Below, piece after piece: positions 30,606 to 39,639 of a stretch of DNA of 64,000 nucleotides. The translations under genes were made by a program, and so were the position numbers. The DNA comes from an uncultured bacterium. Lineage in GTDB: Bacteria > Babelota > Babeliae > Babelales > RVW-14. The first letter of the stretch is position 1; each line of letters starts with the position of its first letter. The stretch spans positions 160,001 through 224,000 of the forward strand of contig CAVXAT010000001.1 in NCBI GenBank assembly GCA_963759805.1, read 5' to 3'. The notes under the pieces were generated by a model. The model did no database searches and was not told where the DNA came from. It saw nothing but the letters and a program-made list of their open reading frames with translations.

Positions 30606-31420
30606 TATCCCCCCTCCCTGCCATTAATCCCAAGCTCCGTTTTGACCTGATTTGATGCAATAAACCTTGATATGATGCGATTTTTAAACCTTAGATCTAA
30701 AACAAATTTATGATTTTTCTTTTTCTTCATCAGTTTTTTGTTCAACTCTTGTGCTTTGGTTAGTTTTTTTTTGTCCAAAATAGTTTTTTGATTTGTAAGG
30801 AAACAGTAGTTTATAGCTGAATTTTTTGGAGTCAAGTAAATTTCTGTAGATTTTATAAAATTTATCTCAAAATTTTCCCAGTAATCTGTTGGAATCTGTT
30901 TGATAAAGCTGTAGATATCTTTGGATAATGGGTTCTTAAAAGATTTTTCGTTTATTACAATATTTTTAAGATCAGTGAGATTAAATTGATCAAACAGACT
31001 GGTTTGGAATAATTTCTTTTTATCACCCATAACCAAACTGTTATTAATTATGCAGTACGGTTTAATTCCCACAATTTTAAGATGCGCGGTGAGTGAATCT
31101 ATGCGACATTCAAAGCCTTTAATTATTTTAAATTTTTTTTTGAGATCTTTATAAAATTCGTTTTGATCAAAGGTTAAAAGGGTAGATTGCGTAATGTGAT
31201 TTTGGGCAAATTCACTAATTTGGGCTTCAAGCTCTTTAGAGTAGATATTTTCGTATTCGATTTCGATTTTTTCAAAATGGAGGTTTACACTTGCCTTTTC
31301 CTGGGCAGAGCTAATAAATCTCTTTGTTAGTGAAAATAATGAAGGGACCAGTACTGCGATGAATATCACCAAAACACTGATCCTACTTATCTTATTATAC
31401 TTTGAATTTTCTACCTTCAT
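30605..31420 (-). CDS. Highly divergent FtsQ/DivIB-like bitopic protein
   Basis: Single N-terminal TM helix, C-terminal LDLRFKNRII, and translational coupling to ftsA at the ftsQ position. Confidence 0.6.
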   Translation of the reverse strand: MKVENSKYNKISRISVLVIFIAVLVPSLFSLTKRFISSAQEKASVNLHFEKIEIEYENIYSKELEAQISEFAQNHITQSTLLTFDQNEFYKDLKKKFKIIKGFECRIDSLTAHLKIVGIKPYCIINNSLVMGDKKKLFQTSLFDQFNLTDLKNIVINEKSFKNPLSKDIYSFIKQIPTDYWENFEINFIKSTEIYLTPKNSAINYCFLTNQKTILDKKKLTKAQELNKKLMKKKKNHKFVLDLRFKNRIISRFIASNQVKTELGINGREGG

Positions 31421-31593
31421 CTTCCATCACAAAATTTAAATTCTAATTTGTAACTTCTTAACTTAATTTAGTAATAGCAAAATGGAAGCAGAAAATGCAA
31501 AGATTTTTTATTTACAGGTCTTTTTGATGCGTAAAAATACATCTACGCCAATCAAAAAGTCCCGTGTTTTATCTTATAAAATGGTTTTTTAGT

Positions 31594-33012
31594 TTAATAG
31601 CGACGTCTTCGTTGGGACGAGTAGCTGCTATCCCTTGGTCTTTCACGCCTCTCTTCCGAGTACGTAGGCTGCTGAGAAGATGCGTTTTGTGAAAGAAGCT
31701 TAACAAGAGCTGCTGCGACTCTAATCGGTGGATTCTCTTCTGAAACAAGTGACTCAACCGTGTTAATATGTTGATTTAAATCCTGTTCTAATGCTTTTTT
31801 AATTTTTGAAATTAAAGCATGTGCGTTACCTGCTGGCTTACTCACTGATGCAGTGGATGTTGTTGCAGATTGCTCAACCGACTCGGTTGCCGTAAAATGC
31901 TGTTGAGTTACAGTTGTTTTAGTGTAGGTTTTTATGTTTCTAAATGCATAAAAGTCATACTCTGAGACAAAACTGAACGATTTACCAACTTTTCCGGCTC
32001 TACCTGTTCTACCGATTCTATGAACGTATGATTTTTCATCATCCGGAATTTCATAGTTAAAAATAATATCAATGTTTGGGACGTCAATTCCTCGAGCAGC
32101 AACGTCAGTTGCGATTAAAACTTGAATTTTCCCGGATCTGAAACGTTCCATAATTTGATTACGTTTTGGTTGACTGATGTCTCCATGTATGCCTTCAGCG
32201 GCAAATCCATGTTTTCTCAACTTAACCGCAATATTATCAACTTTACGTTTTGTATTACAAAACACAATTGATAAATATGGGTTATGTTCATTTAGAAGTT
32301 TTACCAAAAGTTCTAATTTATTTTTATTCTCGACGTCATAGTAATACTGTTCTACTGTTGTTGCCGGTGCTTTTTCATTTGAAACTTGAACGAGCTTTGG
32401 ATCCTTCTGATGTCGTTTAACTAAGTCCAAGATATCTTTTGGCATTGTTGCAGAGAAGGTGATTGTTTGACGACTCTTGGGCGTTTTATGCAGTATCTTT
32501 TCGATATCAGGCCTGAAACCCATGTTCATCATCTCGTCAGCTTCATCAAGAATAACTGTTGAGACAGTACTTAAATCAATAGATTTTCTATTTATATGAT
32601 CGAGTAATCTACCCGGAGTTCCAACTACAATTTGTGGGCCATGTCTTAATGTGTAAATTTGGCGTTCAATTGCTTGGCCACCGTAAACAGGTATTACGGA
32701 TATCCCTTTTTTATATTTTAAATATTTGTTTAATTCTACAGACACCTGTATTGCAAGTTCGCGTGTTGGGCAAACTATGAGGGCCTGTACATTTTTCTTC
32801 TTATCATCGATCTTATCTACCAAAGGCAAGCTGAATGCTGCAGTTTTTCCAGTTCCCGTCATTGCAAGTCCTGTGACATCGCGCCCCTGCATGATGAACG
32901 GAATTGCTTGTGATTGAATTGGAGAAGTTTCCGTATAGCCAAGATCTGAGATGGCTTTTAAAACTTCTTTTGATAAATTTAAATCTTCGAATTTTACTTT
33001 TAAATTATCCAC
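31594..33012 (-). CDS. DEAD-box RNA helicase (DeaD/CshA-like)
   Basis: Q motif, TGTGKT, PTRELA, DEAD, SAT, ARGID, HRIGRTGR. Confidence 0.97.
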   Translation of the reverse strand: MDNLKVKFEDLNLSKEVLKAISDLGYTETSPIQSQAIPFIMQGRDVTGLAMTGTGKTAAFSLPLVDKIDDKKKNVQALIVCPTRELAIQVSVELNKYLKYKKGISVIPVYGGQAIERQIYTLRHGPQIVVGTPGRLLDHINRKSIDLSTVSTVILDEADEMMNMGFRPDIEKILHKTPKSRQTITFSATMPKDILDLVKRHQKDPKLVQVSNEKAPATTVEQYYYDVENKNKLELLVKLLNEHNPYLSIVFCNTKRKVDNIAVKLRKHGFAAEGIHGDISQPKRNQIMERFRSGKIQVLIATDVAARGIDVPNIDIIFNYEIPDDEKSYVHRIGRTGRAGKVGKSFSFVSEYDFYAFRNIKTYTKTTVTQQHFTATESVEQSATTSTASVSKPAGNAHALISKIKKALEQDLNQHINTVESLVSEENPPIRVAAALVKLLSQNASSQQPTYSEERRERPRDSSYSSQRRRRY

Positions 33013-33358
33013 GTTTAAATATTTCCTTTTAATTTGATGTTAACTGTAATTTGTAAATGTAACTTGTAAGTGTAACTTATAAGTTCAATTGGTTAAACTG
33101 ATAACCGATCAAGCTTGTAATTTGGATTAATTAGATAAGATACTTAAAGAAAGAAGACCGAATTTCTTTAATGCTTACTTTATCTCATAATAACATGTTA
33201 ATTCTGTTTGTCAAGAAACAAATGTGTGCATAGAAATTAAGGATCTTTTTTAGATTATCTCAAGAATATACACATAATGCATACATGTCGAATATGTCGA
33301 AAAATATAGAAAAATATGATATTTACGCGAAAAACTATGCAAAATCGTTGAAAATAAG

Positions 33359-33744
33359 AGGGCAGTCAGTCTCTAACCCATAAATCTTAAAAGATTCAAG
33401 ATCTTAGAAGATTCAATTGCATCGCAGTGTTACGAATTTTTTCACGAATGAAAGTTCGGAGAAAAACAGTAACATTGCAATAACTAAGTCAAAAACATCG
33501 ATCAACCTTGGTCATCGACACTGACAAATGCTCAAACTTAAAGCTAGTCCTACCAAAAGCTGGAGGGATGAGCTTTTTCCCAGCCAGTAAAGTTTGAGTA
33601 TATCAGTATACTGCGTAGTAACTATTTAAGTTGGCAACTTTGAAAGTTAAAAACTTGAAAAGTTAAAAACTTGGAAAGTTGGTATACTTAAAGAGCTAAA
33701 AAACTCTAAGAGTTATTACCGCCATACTGGTCAGTGGCTGCCCT
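33359..33744 (+). ncRNA. Candidate large structured ncRNA of unknown family
   Basis: Terminal helix AGGGCAGTCA/TGGCTGCCCT encloses four long internal arms and several mini-hairpins; wobble pairs are G-U on the + strand; no ORF of 60 aa or more. Confidence 0.7.
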
Positions 33745-33845
33745 TTGACTTTTAAATCTTAGTAATTTCAATTTCTAATCTTATTCTAATTTATTTTATA
33801 TGTGAAAAGCAATATTTTGATAAAAAATCTTAATAGAAAATATTT

Positions 33846-34583
33846 TTAGACAATTTTGGTCTTTGCAGCGGCCAGGAACATCAAGATTCCGGCAGCTACA
33901 GATGCATTGTATGAGATATCAGCGGTACGCTGGGGTAGGGTGACCTTTTCCCCCAAAGATTGAATATTTTTGCTAATTCCGATGGCTTCGTTGCCAATTA
34001 CAAGGCAAAGAGGCCTTTTGAATTCAACTTCGACTGCATTTTTACCATCCAATACTGCCATGTAAAGATTATAGCCGACATTTTTCAGCTCCTGGGCAGC
34101 GTGAGCGGCTGAGGGTGCAACGTAAATGTTCAAATGCTCAGCCAAACCAGCCGAGGCCTTAAATGATGCAGGAGTCAAAACGGCAGAGCCTTTTTTGCAT
34201 AAAACTACACCATCGATGCCGGCGCAGTATGCCGAACGTAAAATTGCTCCAAGATTTCGCACATCCTGGATTCCGTCGAGCATGAGCACAAAAGGCTTTG
34301 AATCAGGGCTAAAAACCTTTGAAGAGTACTTAAATGGTGAGACCCAGGCAAGGATGTTGTTATGATCCATTGTTCCTGTCATTTTATCAATAACTTGCTT
34401 TGATACGTACTGAATCATGGGCGATTTTTGTGGAAGATAAGATTTGATGCGCTCCCACCCCTCGGGCAGAGGTCTTGTTGTATAAATAGAGATAATTCTG
34501 CGTTTTTTGGCCTTCAGAACTTCGATTATTGAGTGCACACCATAAATCAGGTCATTGGGCTGTTGGTTTGAGGTATTTTTCAT
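33846..34583 (-). CDS. rlmB: 23S rRNA Gm2251 methyltransferase (TrmH/SpoU family)
   Basis: IYGVHSI, LDGIQDVRNLGAILRSA, LVIGNE, SYNASVAAGI. Confidence 0.88.
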   Translation of the reverse strand: MKNTSNQQPNDLIYGVHSIIEVLKAKKRRIISIYTTRPLPEGWERIKSYLPQKSPMIQYVSKQVIDKMTGTMDHNNILAWVSPFKYSSKVFSPDSKPFVLMLDGIQDVRNLGAILRSAYCAGIDGVVLCKKGSAVLTPASFKASAGLAEHLNIYVAPSAAHAAQELKNVGYNLYMAVLDGKNAVEVEFKRPLCLVIGNEAIGISKNIQSLGEKVTLPQRTADISYNASVAAGILMFLAAAKTKIV

Positions 34584-34645
34584 ATTTTCGCTTTTATTCT
34601 TTGTGCTTTTTATTCGAAATTTATATAGATCTTAAGTTTAAGTTA

Positions 34646-34674
34646 AATTTAAACTTATTCGAGTTTATACCAAA
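34646..34674. repeat. 29-bp direct repeat, copy 1
   Basis: AATTTAAACTTATTCGAGTTTATACCAAA, identical to 36678-36706. Confidence 0.9.
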
Positions 34675-34716
34675 AATATTAGATACGCAAAAAACGCTGG
34701 TTAATTAACGTAAACC

Positions 34717-36558
34717 CTATTTGTTACCAAGTTTCTTGGGCTGTCCTTTTCTGCTGCCATCTCGATAGATTGTTACACCCTTAAGATTTTTTAAATAGGC
34801 TTGATAAAAAATATCAACAATTTCTTGCACGCTGGTGGTTGATGGAACATTAATGGTCTTTGAGATTGATTCATCTACGACCGATTGTAAGGATTCCATC
34901 ATATCCAGATGCTCCTGAGGTGAGAGCTCTGATGCTGTTAAAAAAATATGGCGAATATTGACAGGAATTTCTGATAACTCACCGATACATCCTGATGTTT
35001 CTATTTTTTCCATTAAAACTGGATCAACTTTGATTCCAGCATCAGTAAGTGCTTTTTGTAGAATAGGGTTAAGTTGTTTTTGTGCTTCAACTAAGGAGAA
35101 TTGTGGCTCTATTCCGTGCGAAGCATTGATAAGCAGTGAGCTTCTGCCGGTTGGTGGCAATGCAATAGTAGATGCATTGCGTAAGAGTTTCGTTTCTCTG
35201 ATTTTTTTTGCTAATTCATGCCACATATTGGTAGACACATGAGGAGCGGAAATTTTTCCAAATCGTTGTTCAATAAATCCGGGATTATCATTGTATCGGC
35301 AACCTTGCACAAGGAACATTGCCTCAAAAGATCCTCTAATCTTTGCAAGTTCATGAGATGCTGATTTTGAAATGTAATTGATGAAGGCAATAATATCTTT
35401 AGCTAAGTCTCTAGCTTGTTCGTCGGAATATGAGATGTTAAATTTCATGAAAAGATCGGCAAGGCCGCATATGCCAATACCGATTTTGCGTTTTGCCCTC
35501 ATAATTTTCTTTTGTTCTTCATAAGCATATCTGTCAATACTTAATTCCAAGGCATTATCGAGAGCTCTCACCATTAATCGTGTTGCTCGTTCTAATTTTT
35601 CAAAATCAATTGCCAGAGTTTTTTCTTGTCCTGCTATAAGGAATTTTGCCACGTTTATATAGCCAAATTGACAGCTTTCTCCAGCGGCTAGTCCAACTTC
35701 TCCGCATGGTGCAACAGCAATATAATCGCCAACGCCAGGCGTAGGATTGCCTTCATTAAGTCGACTTATGAAAATAAGCCCTGGATCGCCGCATATGTAT
35801 ACGCTTTTTGCTATTTCTTCCAAAAGCACTTTTGCTGATACTTCTTGGCCATCACGTAATCGATATACTGTATTGCGCTTAAAGGCCTGTATAAAATCAT
35901 CATCTATGTTGACTGAGATGTTAAATTTCAAGCCCTCGCCACGCTCATCAGCCTGGTTTTTTGCGTTAATAAATTCGCGAATTCTAGGATGGGACACTGA
36001 AAGGATGGCTATATTTCCAACGGGACGATCTTCTTTTCCGCTCTTTGCTCCTTGCACAGCGATATCGTTGAGCGCTTTTAAAACTGATACAGGATCTTCG
36101 AGTTCGTCGAGGCTAAATCCGGTGCCCATGCCATCTTGATGCAGGCGGTCAATGACTTCCTTAATTGTTGCCATACCTTTTTTCAAGTCGATCGGGGGTA
36201 CGGTGCATGCAGAGAAAGGTTTGTCGCTGTATCTGCCGGCATTGGTCAAAATGGGTGTGCTCATGACACAGTAACCATCATCCAAAAATGACCCAAATTC
36301 ACATTCTAATCTCTGTATTTCGTCGGGGTCTGTTTTAAATTTTGTTTCGATTGAAAATAGGGTATGAATGACGCGCTCCATCATATGCTGTGGTGATTCT
36401 CCGAGGGCAAGAATCTTTCCGTCATGCAGAATAGATTCGGCAAGACTTGTAGGTCGATATGTAGAATGGTAATTTGTGCCCATGGCAAAAATAGAGATAC
36501 TTGGAATTGTTATTATAGTTATAATCAAAAATATGTGTGTAGCAAATGAATATTTCAT
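34717..36558 (-). CDS. nrdJ: Class II (AdoCbl-type) ribonucleotide reductase-like protein with hydrophobic leader
   Basis: STPILTNAG, SAC, GMGTG, FNISV, GDPGLIF, PCGE, RKIGIGICGLAD, PPTG, GIEP, SISKTIN, KGVTIYRDGSR; no class I YY pair. Confidence 0.85.
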   Translation of the reverse strand: MKYSFATHIFLIITIITIPSISIFAMGTNYHSTYRPTSLAESILHDGKILALGESPQHMMERVIHTLFSIETKFKTDPDEIQRLECEFGSFLDDGYCVMSTPILTNAGRYSDKPFSACTVPPIDLKKGMATIKEVIDRLHQDGMGTGFSLDELEDPVSVLKALNDIAVQGAKSGKEDRPVGNIAILSVSHPRIREFINAKNQADERGEGLKFNISVNIDDDFIQAFKRNTVYRLRDGQEVSAKVLLEEIAKSVYICGDPGLIFISRLNEGNPTPGVGDYIAVAPCGEVGLAAGESCQFGYINVAKFLIAGQEKTLAIDFEKLERATRLMVRALDNALELSIDRYAYEEQKKIMRAKRKIGIGICGLADLFMKFNISYSDEQARDLAKDIIAFINYISKSASHELAKIRGSFEAMFLVQGCRYNDNPGFIEQRFGKISAPHVSTNMWHELAKKIRETKLLRNASTIALPPTGRSSLLINASHGIEPQFSLVEAQKQLNPILQKALTDAGIKVDPVLMEKIETSGCIGELSEIPVNIRHIFLTASELSPQEHLDMMESLQSVVDESISKTINVPSTTSVQEIVDIFYQAYLKNLKGVTIYRDGSRKGQPKKLGNK

Positions 36559-36677
36559 GATAACCTCCGTTTAGACTATTAGTTTTAAATTATATTTCTA
36601 TTATGAACTTAAAAACAAAAATAGTAAAATGGGGTAGAACAAAATATTCAAAAAATGCGAAAAATATGGGATTCTGG

Positions 36678-36706
36678 AATTTAAACTTATTCGAGTTTAT
36701 ACCAAA
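36678..36706. repeat. 29-bp direct repeat, copy 2
   Basis: Identical to 34646-34674. Confidence 0.9.
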
Positions 36707-36715
36707 TTGTGTATT

Positions 36716-38080
36716 TTATCCCATTTTTTCTGTAACCAGACTCGTTAATGCATCACGGATGTTGCTGTTTACATCAAAAAAACACTTTGCAACTGCATAA
36801 AGTGGGTATGTATGAACTCGCAAATCGACAGAATAATTATGTGCAGAAAAACGCATTCCATATGAAGAATTCGGATGTGAATCTAAAAAAATGTGCATAC
36901 TTTTTATTCTCAAGCTTGTGCCAGCCTTAACCTCAATGGGAACAACCATTTCTTTTAATTGTACCAAATAATCAACTTCTGCTTGGCTATTTCTATTTTC
37001 TTTGCGCCAATAAAAAAGATGATTTTTGGATATTGGATCTGAATATGCAAGTATCTCTTGTCCGACGAATGCCTCGACTAGTTCACCCTTATTGATAAAT
37101 GCAGTCAAAGGTTCAATAAACCATGGCGTTATATCAAGTTTAAGTGAAGTTTGGCTCAAGCCAACATCTAAAAAAATTATTTTAAAATCATCGAGTTTTG
37201 CTTGTGCTCCGATTGGAATCCCCTGCCCTGCGTTACGAGTAATACGATGCACAATTCCTGCTTTTTGCAACAGGTCCAGGGCAGGTTCAAGCTCTCTTTT
37301 TTGGTATTCACCTACATGGCTATATATAAATTTATTACTAAGTTGAGATAATGCGTTATGGAAGAGGGCATCAAGATATTTAATTTGGTGCATTCCTGCG
37401 TATTTATTAAAGTCTTGTTGGTAGGAATCCAGCAGATCTGAGTGTACTTTTTTCACATTTCGAGGCGTTTGAGATTGCACCCATGCATTAACGGCTGAGG
37501 GCATGCCTCCTATGGCAAGATAAGTTCCTACTAAATCTAGTAGCTTATTGTGTACAGGCTCCAACAATGGTTCGTGTAAATTGTGATTTAAAATTGCGTG
37601 AACCCATCTTTCATGGCCGAGCGCTACTAAAAACTCTAGAAATGACATTGGGTACATGTACAAGCTAGAGATGCGTCCAACGGGCATCCCTACCTGCTCG
37701 ATGGCAAAATCCAAAAGTGATCCTGCAGCAATGACATGCAATTCCGGCATTATCTCATAAAAATAACGCAATGCAGTAATCGCTTTGGGAATTGTCTGGA
37801 TTTCATCAATGAAAAGCAATGTTGAGCCTGGAATTATATCTGCCTTTAGATACTGTGAAAGCTGGAAAACTATTCTTTTAGGATCAAGATCCTGAGCGAT
37901 GATCTTTCGAGCATCTTCATCCGATTCCAAATTTATTTCGATAAAATGTTTAAATGATTTTCCAAGGTTGCGTACTGCGTGAGTTTTGCCAACTTGCCTC
38001 GCACCTCGGAGCAAAAGTGGTTTTCTGACAAATTTATCATTTTTCCATTCCTGCAAGAAGAAATCTATTATTCTTTTCAT
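36716..38080 (-). CDS. AAA_14 ATPase with DUF4143 C-terminal domain
   Basis: GARQVGKT, FIDEIQ, GGMP, DVGL, EVDYL...PIEVKAG. Confidence 0.92.
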   Translation of the reverse strand: MKRIIDFFLQEWKNDKFVRKPLLLRGARQVGKTHAVRNLGKSFKHFIEINLESDEDARKIIAQDLDPKRIVFQLSQYLKADIIPGSTLLFIDEIQTIPKAITALRYFYEIMPELHVIAAGSLLDFAIEQVGMPVGRISSLYMYPMSFLEFLVALGHERWVHAILNHNLHEPLLEPVHNKLLDLVGTYLAIGGMPSAVNAWVQSQTPRNVKKVHSDLLDSYQQDFNKYAGMHQIKYLDALFHNALSQLSNKFIYSHVGEYQKRELEPALDLLQKAGIVHRITRNAGQGIPIGAQAKLDDFKIIFLDVGLSQTSLKLDITPWFIEPLTAFINKGELVEAFVGQEILAYSDPISKNHLFYWRKENRNSQAEVDYLVQLKEMVVPIEVKAGTSLRIKSMHIFLDSHPNSSYGMRFSAHNYSVDLRVHTYPLYAVAKCFFDVNSNIRDALTSLVTEKMG

Positions 38081-38265
38081 TTTTATTACTCCAATCTCTC
38101 ATTTTATAGGGTTTTTCAAAATTAAATGTAGAAAAAACAAACTAATTTTAACGCCTAAATGCAGAAAAAACAAGGTAAATTTGGGTCAAATATGCTGAAA
38201 AACCAAAGATAAGAGATTAAGTCAAGTGAACATTCAACTTTGGAATACCAAATTCTTGTAAGACT

Positions 38266-39039
38266 TTATACCATTTTGACTTGACCATCAACTACAGTAG
38301 CTGAGGAATTTAGCTGTATTGAAAATCCTTCAATATTAAAGATTAACATGCCGCCTGAGGCATCTAACTTACATGCTCCGTCAAAAGTAATAGGAGTTGA
38401 ATTCAAAAAAACTCCTTCAGGATTACCTGTTCGTGTTTTCAGCGTAGCGTTGGAAACAACCAACCCACCAGATCCAGCTTCAATAACAAGGGGCTCACGT
38501 CTGTTATCTCTTGGGGCAAACTCTAAAATTGTACCATCAGTAATACGCAGTGTTGCATTACTTCTAATTACACAAGGAATCTTTAAAGAAAAACAATGAT
38601 CTTGCTTATCAACCCATCTAGAAAGCCAAGGATTTTGTTCAGCCCATCTTAAAAACCAATGCTTGTGATCATTAACGTATTTAATGGTTACAATTCCCTC
38701 AATTGCAATTGGAAGACTTTGATTGAAAAATAATCGATCTGAGAGAGGGAGATCTATCGTTTGATCACGCAGCACCAATGTTCCACCTTCGATTGTGCCC
38801 AATTGCCTGTGTTTTTTTATCTCTTTTACATGTGCTGCAAAGGTTTTGCATACTACGCTAATTTTGCAAAGTGTTTCGTAATTGAGTTCGTCTAAAATAT
38901 GATTGATTATCTCTGGAGGGAGCTCTATAAGAACTATTAATGGAACCTGTTCTGCTTTTGCCATAGCATTGCATCGCTCTTGGCGAAATGAAGAAAATAT
39001 TATAAAAAAAATAAGAAACTTAATTATTTTGTTAAACAT
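38266..39039 (-). CDS. Secreted F-box-domain protein
   Basis: Signal peptide ending CNAM; LIELPPEIINHILDELNYETLCKISVVCKTF matches the F-box consensus; beta-rich C-terminus. Confidence 0.85.
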   Translation of the reverse strand: MFNKIIKFLIFFIIFSSFRQERCNAMAKAEQVPLIVLIELPPEIINHILDELNYETLCKISVVCKTFAAHVKEIKKHRQLGTIEGGTLVLRDQTIDLPLSDRLFFNQSLPIAIEGIVTIKYVNDHKHWFLRWAEQNPWLSRWVDKQDHCFSLKIPCVIRSNATLRITDGTILEFAPRDNRREPLVIEAGSGGLVVSNATLKTRTGNPEGVFLNSTPITFDGACKLDASGGMLIFNIEGFSIQLNSSATVVDGQVKMV

Positions 39040-39162
39040 TTTAATTTTCCTTATGCTTAATTAATAATCTTGAATTAATAATCTTAAAAACAATTGGGCT
39101 AAATTCTAACAAAAAAAAATTAAATAAGCTATGCCTGAAAAGTGTTGATTTCTACTTAACTT

Positions 39163-39639
39163 TTAATACTTGATGCCAACTGATTTTAAAAGCATGTTTT
39201 CGAATTTTGACATTTTGGCAAAATCTTTGTCATTTTGATGATCATATCCGAGAAGATGTGCTATTCCGTGAGCCAAAAGTGCAACAAGATGCTCGTTAAA
39301 TTTACGATTCCATGTGATTTTTGCATCCTGTTGCGCAAATTCAAGCGATATTACAATGTCTCCCAGATTTTTGTCTTCGTCTGATTTCACGATTATTTTT
39401 TGTCCTGGTTTTAAATTCACATGAAACGGGAATGAAAGTATATCTGTGGGCTTGTCTTTGCCGCGAAATTTTTTGTTTAAGTTTCGAATTGTGTTGTTTG
39501 TTGTCAGCAGAATGCCAAGATCAAAATCTTTGTAATTTATGTCTTTGTCGCCCAGCGCGCAAAGCATTTTTTCTGCTTTGGCGTGCAACTCTTTTGTATC
39601 AACTTTAATTTTACGCTGCCTGTTTTTTATAACAATCAT
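39163..39639 (-). CDS. ybeY: rRNA maturation endoribonuclease YbeY
   Basis: FRGKDKPTDILSFP, LGDIVIS, HGIAHLLGYDH. Confidence 0.96.
   Translation of the reverse strand: MIVIKNRQRKIKVDTKELHAKAEKMLCALGDKDINYKDFDLGILLTTNNTIRNLNKKFRGKDKPTDILSFPFHVNLKPGQKIIVKSDEDKNLGDIVISLEFAQQDAKITWNRKFNEHLVALLAHGIAHLLGYDHQNDKDFAKMSKFENMLLKSVGIKY

Noticed and set aside
33359..33744. RNase P RNA, tmRNA (standard or permuted), SRP RNA or group I/II intron
   Set aside because: No GAGGAAAGTCC or ACAGAA..CGGC, no tRNA-like T arm with CCA, no SRP GGAA/AGCAG helix, and no intron core motifs found on either strand by eye; a covariance-model search is still needed.
33013..33845. Long autoregulatory 5' UTR of the DEAD-box helicase
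   Set aside because: The helicase is on the minus strand, where the helices would contain A-C mismatches instead of G-U pairs; disfavoured but not fully excluded.
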